DNA from: a virus
Taxonomy: Duplodnaviria > Caudoviricetes
DNA length: 48,435 nt
IMG/VR virus record: IMGVR_UViG_3300006851_000001
Coordinates: 1-48,435 of that record
Direction: 5' to 3' (one strand)
Shown one piece after another: positions 36,474-43,660 of this stretch (positions within the stretch are counted from its first letter, which is position 1; every line of letters begins with the position of its first letter). A model generated the notes under the pieces. That model saw nothing but the letters and a program-made list of their open reading frames with translations, made no database searches and was not told where the DNA came from. The position numbers were made by a program, and so were the translations under genes.

Positions 36474-36956
36474 TCATAGAAAAGAAATCTGTGGAGTAGC
36501 CTCTTCGAACTCCGCCTCAACCACCTCGCCGGTGTTCCGCAGTCGGGCTCTCTCCCGTCCTCGTATGAGACGCTCTGCTAACTCCTCCCCCACTTTGAGC
36601 TCTATCTTATCCGCCGCGAATGCGTCCACCGCAGCCATCTTCCCTATGAGCTCGAGCGCTTTGTTACTCGCAGACAAGTTCCCCATCTGCCGCGCCAGCT
36701 TATGGTTATCCACCATCTCATAAAGAAGCCACTCCGCCGTAATGTCGGAGGCCGCCATCCGCCTCTGCAACACCAGATTGACAGCCCGCTTGACATCTAC
36801 CTGTGAGAGAAGTCTCTGTCCTTGGGACACGTCCAGCCCGCACCGCTCGGCGGCGAGTCCCGGGTTGAAGTCTTTGGTGTACTCAATCACGAACGCTGCT
36901 TGACCTACATTCAGGTTCCGTAGCTCAGGGATTGAGATGTAATCTTTAACGCTCAT
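36474..36956 (-). CDS. terS: Terminase small subunit
   Basis: Q.AFVIEY.KDFN...AA.R.G HTH and KALELIGK. Directly upstream of terL. Ends -QISFL. Confidence 0.88.
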   Translation of the reverse strand: MSVKDYISIPELRNLNVGQAAFVIEYTKDFNPGLAAERCGLDVSQGQRLLSQVDVKRAVNLVLQRRMAASDITAEWLLYEMVDNHKLARQMGNLSASNKALELIGKMAAVDAFAADKIELKVGEELAERLIRGRERARLRNTGEVVEAEFEEATPQISFL

Positions 36957-36994
36957 GGGTTCTCTCGGTCATGGGTCATACTCACTCCCCTCGA

Positions 36995-37003
36995 AGTATA
37001 GCA
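36995..37003 (-). promoter_or_regulatory. Extended -10 promoter (TG-n-TATACT) for the terS/virion operon
   Basis: The minus strand reads TGCTATACT about 40 bp upstream of the terS ATG, with an AT-rich upstream region. Confidence 0.55.
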
Positions 37004-37227
37004 CGATTCTGGGTTTCTAAAATAATTTTAGGTCCACAATTTTTTTTCTGAACAGAATTTCCATTTCCCTTTTCAGATTTGGTTCCCCAGACTCGAGGCT
37101 CACGGATGAGTGTGGCACAACTGTTTTCGGTTTTCGGGAAAATTGTACAGGGCTTCCCCTCCTCCCTAGGCCCCCCTCGAACCTAGGGCCCCCGCCCCCT
37201 CGTTCGCGCACAGAAAACCTCCAGCGA

Positions 37228-37459
37228 AATCAATGACTTAGCCCACGGCGCCCGCTCAGCCGCCCCGCCAGACCCCAATGGAATCAATGACTTAGCACGC
37301 GGTGGCCCCTCATTCTCACCGCCGCGGCCCCCGTGGTATCAATGACTTAGCCCACGGTGACTGCGCAGTCACGCCATCACAGTCCAATAGAATCAATGAC
37401 TTAGCCCACGGTGACCGCGGGGTCACGCCATCGCGGCCCCGTGGAATCAATGACTTAGC
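37228..37459 (+). repeat. Five phased copies of WATCAATGACTTAGC (IHF consensus WATCAANNNNTTR)
   Basis: Copies start at 37228, 37282, 37337, 37391 and 37445 (spacing 54, 55, 54, 54). A one-mismatch inverted copy lies at 37885-37897. Confidence 0.85.
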
Positions 37460-37516
37460 GCGGCCCCGCCCCGCTTTCACCCGAGAGAATGCCGGCACGC
37501 GGGGCCCGCGGTCCTT

Positions 37517-37601
37517 ACACGTTCCCGTGTCTCGAATACGTGTAAACACGTTCCCGTGTCTCGAATACGTGCAAACACGTTCCCGTGTCACGTTCCCGTG
37601 T
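37517..37601 (+). repeat. 29-bp tandem repeat containing the mini-hairpin ACACG-TTCC-CGTGT
   Basis: Copies at 37517, 37546 and 37575, plus a partial copy at 37589. Related CATTCCCGTGT occurs twice near 38003-38031. Confidence 0.85.
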
Positions 37602-37604
37602 AAT

Positions 37605-37856
37605 TGTGGTCACGTGTGGCCAAGGCGTGACCACAGTGCTGACCGGCTAAGAAGTCCAGCCCATGCGGCCTACAGCGAAGTGTGGTCAGAGGTCACCGGT
37701 TTTCACCGTATCGTTATCTTTATAAAATCAAAAAAATATTTATATAACAGCTATACTATTCTTATATTATTACTATTCTTATTGTAACCTATCGCCCCCA
37801 GCCCAGGTAACATGCGGCCTACAGTCGGTCAGCACTGTGGCCACCCTCTGACCACA
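37605..37856. other. Candidate replication origin or packaging site: AT-rich core flanked by inverted and direct repeats
   Basis: AT-rich 37710-37790. Inverted pairs 37631-37645/37826-37840 and 37681-37692/37845-37856; direct pair CATGCGGCCTACAG at 37662 and 37811. Confidence 0.55.
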
Positions 37857-38033
37857 AAAACCGATAGCTTTATCCTATGACACCTAAGTCATTGGTTTCA
37901 TTGTGTTTATTCTGAGTCTCGAATTCGAGTCCACTAAAAGCGTTGGCCACACCAACGGCCACCGGCCCCAAACCGTGACCACACTTACACGAAACCGCGC
38001 CCCATTCCCGTGTAAGCACTCATTCCCGTGTTT

Positions 38034-38088
38034 TGTGACCGGCCAGTCACAGATAAGTGTTGACACCCAAGTCAACGGGCTATATGGT
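38034..38088 (+). promoter_or_regulatory. Early promoter P1 with tandem palindromic operators
   Basis: TTGACA (38060)-17 bp-TATGGT (38083). GTGAC-N6-GTCAC upstream and TTGAC-N6-GTCAA over the -35 box. Confidence 0.8.
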
Positions 38089-38123
38089 TGCGGTCAGAAA
38101 CCAAAAAACATGAGGGCAACAAT

Positions 38124-38441
38124 ATGAAAACAAGCAAAACACTCGCAAAGGTAAACATAGGCTTAGCTCACCCGCGCGGTGGCTTTATATCGGTGGGCAA
38201 GGCGCTTTCAGCACTCATTCGCATAGGCTACCCCGCGCTTTCGTTCCGCATAGCAGAGAGCCTCACAGAGCCCACGGTGATTGCGGTGATTGAAGGCCTA
38301 CCTACTGCGCATGAATTGCACCGGTTAAGCGTTCTATGCGAGCAAGAGGCGGTGGCCGCCTATGACGGCGAAACCGGCCTACTAGAAGGCCCTGAAGCGC
38401 ACAAGTGGGGCGAATTCAATTTAGATTATTTCATTCAGTAA
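38124..38441 (+). CDS. Early hypothetical protein
   Basis: ATG at 38124 follows GAGGGCAA RBS (the track start overlaps the promoter). LCEQEAVA and WGEFNLDYF motifs. Confidence 0.75.
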   Translation: MKTSKTLAKVNIGLAHPRGGFISVGKALSALIRIGYPALSFRIAESLTEPTVIAVIEGLPTAHELHRLSVLCEQEAVAAYDGETGLLEGPEAHKWGEFNLDYFIQ

Positions 38442-38453
38442 GAGGGCAAAGGC

Positions 38454-38675
38454 ATGGTTACTTTTAACGTAAAACCGTACACAAAAGCCGGCGTACTAGG
38501 ACCGGAAGACACCTACCAATTCAAGGCCACCACGGTGGCGCAAGCGATACATGAAGCAAGCGCCATATTGGTGGAACGTCGCGACGCCGCAGAGAGCGAA
38601 GCGTGCGCGGCGATTATCGGCTTCACCGTAGAATACGCAGCAATCCAAGCGGGCCCCATATCGGTGGCCCTATAA
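38454..38675 (+). CDS. Early hypothetical protein (paralog family A)
   Basis: GAGGGCAA RBS; similar to 39101-39355. Confidence 0.7.
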   Translation: MVTFNVKPYTKAGVLGPEDTYQFKATTVAQAIHEASAILVERRDAAESEACAAIIGFTVEYAAIQAGPISVAL

Positions 38676-38703
38676 CTACCATATCCATAGAAGGGATATT
38701 GCC

Positions 38704-39012
38704 ATGACTAACACAATCAATTTTACAACGTTCCACCACCCAACGCGCGGCCCACGGTCATACGTCGCGCGAGAGGTGTACTACAACGAAAGCACCGGCA
38801 CTTATTGCACGGCCCTAGGCAACTATGCCGCCTGTTTTGACGGGCGCAAAGGACTACGCACGGTGAAAGCTGAAGCGGCGGCCATAATGGAACGCCGCGG
38901 GCTTATCGGGCTCGCGGTGTGGCATAGCCATGAAACTCATATCGCGGGCTTCAAACCGCTATTTGTGGCCCTGAAGGCTGAAGCGCCTGAAGCGCCATTC
39001 GGGGTCTTGTGA
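38704..39012 (+). CDS. Early hypothetical protein
   Basis: AAGGGA RBS; in the early gene run. Confidence 0.65.
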   Translation: MTNTINFTTFHHPTRGPRSYVAREVYYNESTGTYCTALGNYAACFDGRKGLRTVKAEAAAIMERRGLIGLAVWHSHETHIAGFKPLFVALKAEAPEAPFGVL

Positions 39013-39062
39013 CCGGCCAGTCACGAATAAACGTTGACACGGAAGTCAACGGGCTTTATGGT
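39009..39062 (+). promoter_or_regulatory. Early promoter P2 (near-duplicate of the P1 cassette)
   Basis: TTGACA (39034)-17 bp-TATGGT (39057) with the same two palindromes. Confidence 0.8.
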
Positions 39063-39100
39063 TGCGGTCAGACACCAAAAAAAAACATGAGGGCAATAAC

Positions 39101-39355
39101 ATGAAAACAAGCAAAATCACTTTCACCGTAACACCACTCGCGTTCAACCCCGTGCACGGCCGCCTATGGCCAATGCCGGCCTACTCGAGAGAGATACGCG
39201 CCACCAGCCTTGCTGAAGCCATACGGCACGCCAAGGCCGGCCTATCACAATGGCGGGACCGCGGCGAAACAATGGCCGCGACGTCGTGCGAAGCTTTCAC
39301 GGTGGAATACGCGGGTGTAGGCGGCACGCAAACGGTAGAGGTAAGTCTCACATAA
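39101..39355 (+). CDS. Early hypothetical protein (paralog family A)
   Basis: ATG at 39101 follows GAGGGCAA; starts MKTSK like 38124; FTVEYA motif shared with 38454. Confidence 0.72.
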   Translation: MKTSKITFTVTPLAFNPVHGRLWPMPAYSREIRATSLAEAIRHAKAGLSQWRDRGETMAATSCEAFTVEYAGVGGTQTVEVSLT

Positions 39356-39361
39356 TAGCGC

Positions 39362-39400
39362 CCAAGTATCAGGGCCTTCTAAGAGGGCCTTGTAGCTTGG
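39362..39400 (+). promoter_or_regulatory. Intergenic long imperfect hairpin (possible RNase III site or terminator)
   Basis: CCAAG...GGGCCTTCT-A-AGAGGGCCT...CTTGG can pair (with G-U pairs); no U tract follows. Confidence 0.4.
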
Positions 39401-39425
39401 ACACTAGAAAAAAGAGGGCAAGACA

Positions 39426-39755
39426 ATGGTCACGTTAAAAGTAAAACCACGGCACGAGAGCCTATGGCTTCAGAAGGGCGCGTTCCCGTACTTCCCGCCA
39501 AGCCACAAGCACGTAGTGTTCTGCGCTATCGCGACACCGACGGGCCGTGTAAGCAAGCATTGGGCGGCGTTCTACTTCCGGAAGGACGTCACGGAAGGGT
39601 ACGCCAAGGCTAAGGTAGAACAATGGCTGGCCACCACGGTGGCGGATAAATTGGCACGCCTACCCCGCGGGTACTCGGTGCTGGAATTAGTAGAGATAAC
39701 GGGGGGCCACTTACTCGAGGGCGCCACGTTCGAAAAACCAACCAAAAGCAATTAA
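39426..39755 (+). CDS. Early hypothetical protein
   Basis: GAGGGCAA RBS; TPTGRVSK motif. Confidence 0.7.
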   Translation: MVTLKVKPRHESLWLQKGAFPYFPPSHKHVVFCAIATPTGRVSKHWAAFYFRKDVTEGYAKAKVEQWLATTVADKLARLPRGYSVLELVEITGGHLLEGATFEKPTKSN

Positions 39756-39767
39756 GAGGGTAAAACC

Positions 39768-40148
39768 ATGCGTAAAATTGAGCAGAAGGTAATTGACGCG
39801 GTCCTAGGTGGCTATGACGCAAACCTAGGGAACACTGAAGTCACCCACGCCAACGGCGTGGCATCGGTAAGGCTATTCGGCCACCTTATCGCAGAGTACG
39901 TAACACGGCGGGGCGACGAGCACCGCGGGGCCCTGAGGGTATGGCACGCGGGGTACCCCACGCGCACCACGGCCAGCCGAATCAACGCGCTGGTTAAGGG
40001 CCTCACCGGTGTAAGCCATAACGCTATGACCGTTCGCAAGGGCGAGCCATTGTTTGAAGGAACACCGTTTGAAACGGTCATGGAAGTGCGCGTAACTCTC
40101 GCAGACACGTACGGCGACACGTTCTCTTTCAAGCCATTAAACCAGTAG
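39768..40148 (+). CDS. Early hypothetical protein (conserved phage type MRKIE...NT.V...LFGH.IA...T.TT.SR.NAL)
   Basis: GAGGGT RBS and a recognisable phage early-protein motif pattern. Confidence 0.75.
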   Translation: MRKIEQKVIDAVLGGYDANLGNTEVTHANGVASVRLFGHLIAEYVTRRGDEHRGALRVWHAGYPTRTTASRINALVKGLTGVSHNAMTVRKGEPLFEGTPFETVMEVRVTLADTYGDTFSFKPLNQ

Positions 40149-40158
40149 GAGATACACC

Positions 40159-40551
40159 ATGAGCAAGTATATAACACGCGTTCAACGCTCCACGCCCACC
40201 AGCCCTTGGAGCGCCGAGAGCACCTTAAAATTCAAGCGAGAGGGCGGGGAACGGGCGGTGCTAGTGCTCACCGCTCGCACCACGAAACACCATAGCGGGT
40301 CATTCATGCACCACATGGTCACCGCATTCCACGTGGTGGACGCTGAAGGCGGGTACGAAACCCACCGCCACGCCGCGGGCAAGGACCTTGCGCAAAGCGT
40401 CGCGCTGGGTGGCGACGTGCCCAAGCGCCTCACCCGCAAAGCGGTGGAGCGCATACACCTTGCGGCCATGGAACGCCTACCCGAGGCGGCGGCGTTGAAG
40501 GCGGTGAGGGCGTTCTATAAGGACGTATACCCTGACCTGACCCTAGCATAG
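40159..40551 (+). CDS. Early hypothetical protein
   Basis: AGGAG RBS; tightly packed. Confidence 0.7.
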   Translation: MSKYITRVQRSTPTSPWSAESTLKFKREGGERAVLVLTARTTKHHSGSFMHHMVTAFHVVDAEGGYETHRHAAGKDLAQSVALGGDVPKRLTRKAVERIHLAAMERLPEAAALKAVRAFYKDVYPDLTLA

Positions 40552-40561
40552 GAGGTAAACC

Positions 40562-40780
40562 ATGAATACTTTCATCATATTTAACACTAGCAACTATGAC
40601 ACGTTGAGCGACGCGCTGGCCGATGGCGCGGGCAAGGTAATACACGCGCCATTGGACCTTGCCGGCCTCCAGACACTATTGGACGACGTGACCGAGTATT
40701 GCTGTTCAATTCACTTCGAAGCGGTGCCGGTACGCGGGCAAGTAGCACGCCAACTGGCACCAAAAGAAAACGGCGAGTAA
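40562..40780 (+). CDS. Early hypothetical protein
   Basis: AGGAGGT RBS. Confidence 0.7.
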   Translation: MNTFIIFNTSNYDTLSDALADGAGKVIHAPLDLAGLQTLLDDVTEYCCSIHFEAVPVRGQVARQLAPKENGE

Positions 40781-40790
40781 GGGGAACGAA

Positions 40791-41009
40791 ATGCTAGCCA
40801 TCATTACACCCGTGGGCCCTGAGGGGCCCGTATTGAGGGCACAGAAGACGATTGAGGGCGCGAGCCTAGGGGACCTACTTCAGCAGGCCGCCGAGCACGT
40901 GGAGGCGCTGAAGGCTAAGGACCCCAAGCTTGCGGTGGCGGGGGCGGACATATCTTATCACGCGATAGGCGGCCCCGCGGTATTCAGATTAAGAGGTGAA
41001 AGACTATGA
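40791..41009 (+). CDS. Early hypothetical protein (distant member of paralog family A)
   Basis: AAGGGG RBS; GASLGDLLQQA...ISYHAIGG parallels ATSLAEAIRHA...VEYAGVGG. Confidence 0.65.
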   Translation: MLAIITPVGPEGPVLRAQKTIEGASLGDLLQQAAEHVEALKAKDPKLAVAGADISYHAIGGPAVFRLRGERL

Positions 41010-41521
41010 TGCTATTAAACGAAAAAACGCTAAGGTTCGGTTCGAAGGAACACGCAAAGCTCAGTGGGCTTACCGCGCTGGAGGCGGCGGCCTTCCATGG
41101 CGTGGAGGTGCGCACGGAACGCGCGGGCGACGCATGGCTTGCTAGGTATTCGTGGGCGGGGGAAGGTCCCCCATCATGGTACGGCGGGGACGAGGTGACG
41201 CGGGAACTACCGGCCCGCTACACGGCGGGCACCAATGAGGCCGACGTAAAAGAAGCGGCGGCCGCCATGGCGTTGAATGAATTGGTCCCCGTGCGCCGGC
41301 TACCCAAAATAGGCACGGTGCTGACCGTACGCTATGACGACAAAAACAGGGCTTGGGTCCCCGTGATATATGGCCAGTTTTGGGTGAACAAGGGCCCGCA
41401 TTCCCCTGAGTTCTGTATCTGTGCTGATTCTTTCGGGCCACGCACGGCGATGGACACCCGAGAGGTGACCACGTGGGCTGTGCAAAAGCTAGGATTCGAC
41501 GAGGCACCCGAGGGATTCTAG
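41006..41521 (+). CDS. Early hypothetical protein
   Basis: GAGGTG RBS; overlaps the upstream stop. Confidence 0.7.
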   Translation: MMLLNEKTLRFGSKEHAKLSGLTALEAAAFHGVEVRTERAGDAWLARYSWAGEGPPSWYGGDEVTRELPARYTAGTNEADVKEAAAAMALNELVPVRRLPKIGTVLTVRYDDKNRAWVPVIYGQFWVNKGPHSPEFCICADSFGPRTAMDTREVTTWAVQKLGFDEAPEGF

Positions 41522-41556
41522 GCTATTTTTTAATCAAAAATAAGGAGAAAAACCTG

Positions 41557-41925
41557 ATGAAAAGCATAACTAGGAAGGGCAGAAAATTTGACTACGAACG
41601 GGGCATAGCGTACGCGGTTATCATGCTCGCAAGCGCATCTCACCGGCGCGCTGAGGCCGACCGGCTTGAGTCCAAGCTGGGTGGCATGGGGTACGATAGC
41701 GAGAGCTCAAAACAGTTCGACGACGGTATTCGGGACTATCTGAGAATGGCGGCGAGCGCACGCAAGGACTACACCCCCACCCTTGCTGACGTCGACTGGG
41801 CCGCTGGAATTTTGGAGGAAGAGAGCCAGCAGCTCGCGCGGACATTGAAGCGGGGCCTATGGGCAAGCACTGCGGCGCTGGTCGCGGTCGCGCTGACCAT
41901 GGTTTTCTTAATCGTGACTGGGTAG
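41557..41925 (+). CDS. Hypothetical protein with a C-terminal TM helix
   Basis: ATG at 41557 follows TAAGGAG; ends ALVAVALTMVFLIVTG. Confidence 0.7.
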   Translation: MKSITRKGRKFDYERGIAYAVIMLASASHRRAEADRLESKLGGMGYDSESSKQFDDGIRDYLRMAASARKDYTPTLADVDWAAGILEEESQQLARTLKRGLWASTAALVAVALTMVFLIVTG

Positions 41926-41967
41926 TCACAAATAGACGTTGACAGGGAAGTCAATGTGCCACATAGT
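41914..41967 (+). promoter_or_regulatory. Promoter P3 with the same tandem operators
   Basis: GTGAC-TGGGTA-GTCAC, then TTGACA (41939) within TTGAC-AGGGAA-GTCAA, a 17-bp spacer and CATAGT (41962). Confidence 0.7.
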
Positions 41968-42001
41968 TGGCGAACCAACGCAGCAACGTGAGGACTTGAG
42001 A

Positions 42002-42262
42002 ATGGAAACGAGAGAGGAAGTGCTACTGGCCCGCATCCGCGAGTTAGAAGACGAAGTTCGGTCGCTAACTAAGGAGCGAGAGCAGGTAGCACAAATTGGG
42101 TACGCAATATCTTCCGCCCTACTAGGAGTCATAGGAGCGGTGGAAAGAGAGCTAGGGGTGGACGTCGGCAAGACCATTATCGAAATCGCAGGTGAGGCCA
42201 CTACCATTGATGAGTTAAGAGAAGAAGGAGGAGCACATGAGCTCGAAGTCACCATACATTAA
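42002..42262 (+). CDS. Coiled-coil hypothetical protein
   Basis: ATG at 42002 (METREE) follows GAGGA; the track start at 41939 is the -35 box. Confidence 0.65.
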   Translation: METREEVLLARIRELEDEVRSLTKEREQVAQIGYAISSALLGVIGAVERELGVDVGKTIIEIAGEATTIDELREEGGAHELEVTIH

Positions 42263-42992
42263 GCTCACGAAGCAAGTGTTACGAAAAGTAGCACTCGCTT
42301 TCGTGGACGGGGAGACGTTGGTACGCGGCCCCCTCATAGTCGCCCAAATTGAAGGCGAGGTCCAGTTGAGGTCTTACGGTGAAATCATCATGCGTAAGAC
42401 GGGGATTCACCTCTATGCGGGGGTGGGCACTGACCCTGTACTAAGGTCGCACAACGTGGAGGTAATCGAGGAGGTCCTGTCGTTCTATGGCTGCTACATT
42501 CACACCGATGAGACAGAAGGCGAGTTCAGCGTGTGCACTCACCACGAAGTGGCCGAGACAGCGGACGGGTTTGAGGTCGGGATATGGGTTCTCCACCAAA
42601 AACCTCACATCCTACCAGTGTTTGCGGCCTACCCTCATTTTACGGTGGTGGACCGCGCAGGCACATACCGAAAAGGCCCCGTGCCCCAGAGACCTGAAAA
42701 CAGCGTTTTCTGGGGGGACGTAGAAGAGCCCACAATCGAAGTGACGGTGGGGCTACTGACCCCGACTGGTCGCCCTAGCAAATCAGGCAAAGGGCTCTCT
42801 GCCCACGTGACGGCGAGCGACCCCCGAGTGCAGGGGCTCTCACGAGGCGCGGTGACGCTGCTCTTGCTTAACCAGATTGCGTGGGCGGCGTCTTCAGACC
42901 CGATAATCAGGAAGAGCCTGCATGACCTAAGGAGGGCAGGGCGAAAGTTGAACACCATAGTGGCGAGGGAGGAGTACGCATGGCCATGGTAG
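42237..42992 (+). CDS. Hypothetical protein
   Basis: GGAGGAG RBS; the C-terminal part has TPTGRPSK. Confidence 0.7.
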   Translation: MSSKSPYIKLTKQVLRKVALAFVDGETLVRGPLIVAQIEGEVQLRSYGEIIMRKTGIHLYAGVGTDPVLRSHNVEVIEEVLSFYGCYIHTDETEGEFSVCTHHEVAETADGFEVGIWVLHQKPHILPVFAAYPHFTVVDRAGTYRKGPVPQRPENSVFWGDVEEPTIEVTVGLLTPTGRPSKSGKGLSAHVTASDPRVQGLSRGAVTLLLLNQIAWAASSDPIIRKSLHDLRRAGRKLNTIVAREEYAWPW

Positions 42993-43369
42993 AAGAAGCG
43001 ACAATCATTGTGACAGGCGCGAGCCGCTTTGAGGTGACAGCTCGAGCGGGGTGGCAGATGAAGCGCGCAGAGCAGGCGGGGTGGATAGTGAGCACCGTCA
43101 CTTACGAGAAAGTAAAGAGCATTGGAGTGCCCGACTGGAGAGCGCTAATAGAGGTGGAGAAGCACCGCCTAAAGGAGTTCAGGGTCACGGCGGGGAAGCC
43201 GAGGGAAGCGAAACTCTGGTACCCCGAATTCAAGCAGGGAGAGTGGATTCTTGCCCCCACGAAAGAAGACGCTCAGGCGCTGATTGACGAGAGATGTCTC
43301 GAGGCACAGACATACCTAGACCCCGCGTTCGATGAGCACGGGCCACGGGTAGTAGGAGAAGAAGGATGA
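42980..43369 (+). CDS. Hypothetical protein
   Basis: GGAGGAG RBS; tightly packed. Confidence 0.65.
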   Translation: MAMVEEATIIVTGASRFEVTARAGWQMKRAEQAGWIVSTVTYEKVKSIGVPDWRALIEVEKHRLKEFRVTAGKPREAKLWYPEFKQGEWILAPTKEDAQALIDERCLEAQTYLDPAFDEHGPRVVGEEG

Positions 43370-43659
43370 GAGCATTGATAGGGTTTATTTTTATAGCCGT
43401 GGCCTCAATCGCAATTGGGGTCGCCCTCGCGGGCGGCATCAGAGACAAGGTAGGCCTATTGGAAGAAGCATGGGCGGGCGTTGTGACTAAAGAGACTGGG
43501 AAGGGAAATTCTGAGCCCCCAGCCGCCGAGAGAAGCGACGCAATCCGAGTCGCGAGAGAGTGCCTCGCTACGAAAGGGGCAGTGACTGAGACATTTCACG
43601 ACCGCAAGGGCAATCTGACAAAAGTGACGTGCACCGCGTTGGTGAAGAAGGAGAACTGA
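43366..43659 (+). CDS. Membrane-anchored or exported small protein
   Basis: N-terminal hydrophobic helix and two Cys in the C-terminal part. Confidence 0.65.
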   Translation: MRALIGFIFIAVASIAIGVALAGGIRDKVGLLEEAWAGVVTKETGKGNSEPPAAERSDAIRVARECLATKGAVTETFHDRKGNLTKVTCTALVKKEN

Positions 43660-43660
43660 G

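Noticed and set aside
14562-36723. Numerous plus-strand ORFs of 60-260 aa opposite the virion genes
   Set aside because: Antisense shadows of long GC-rich genes, with no RBS or recognisable motifs.
37228-37459. CRISPR or mini-CRISPR array (regular repeat plus about 40-bp spacers)
   Set aside because: The repeat is only about 15 bp and non-palindromic, the spacers resemble each other, and there is no cas operon. The repeat matches the IHF consensus exactly.
37302-37787. 161-aa ORF (and 37316-37591 on the minus strand) across the repeat region
   Set aside because: The translation simply mirrors the DNA repeats (GINDLA) and has no good RBS. The region is better explained as cis-acting DNA.
38034-38051. 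CRP site at P1 (TGTGA...TCACA)
   Set aside because: The spacer is 8 bp rather than 6, and the outer bases are not kept at P2 and P3. The conserved element is TGAC-N6-GTCA.
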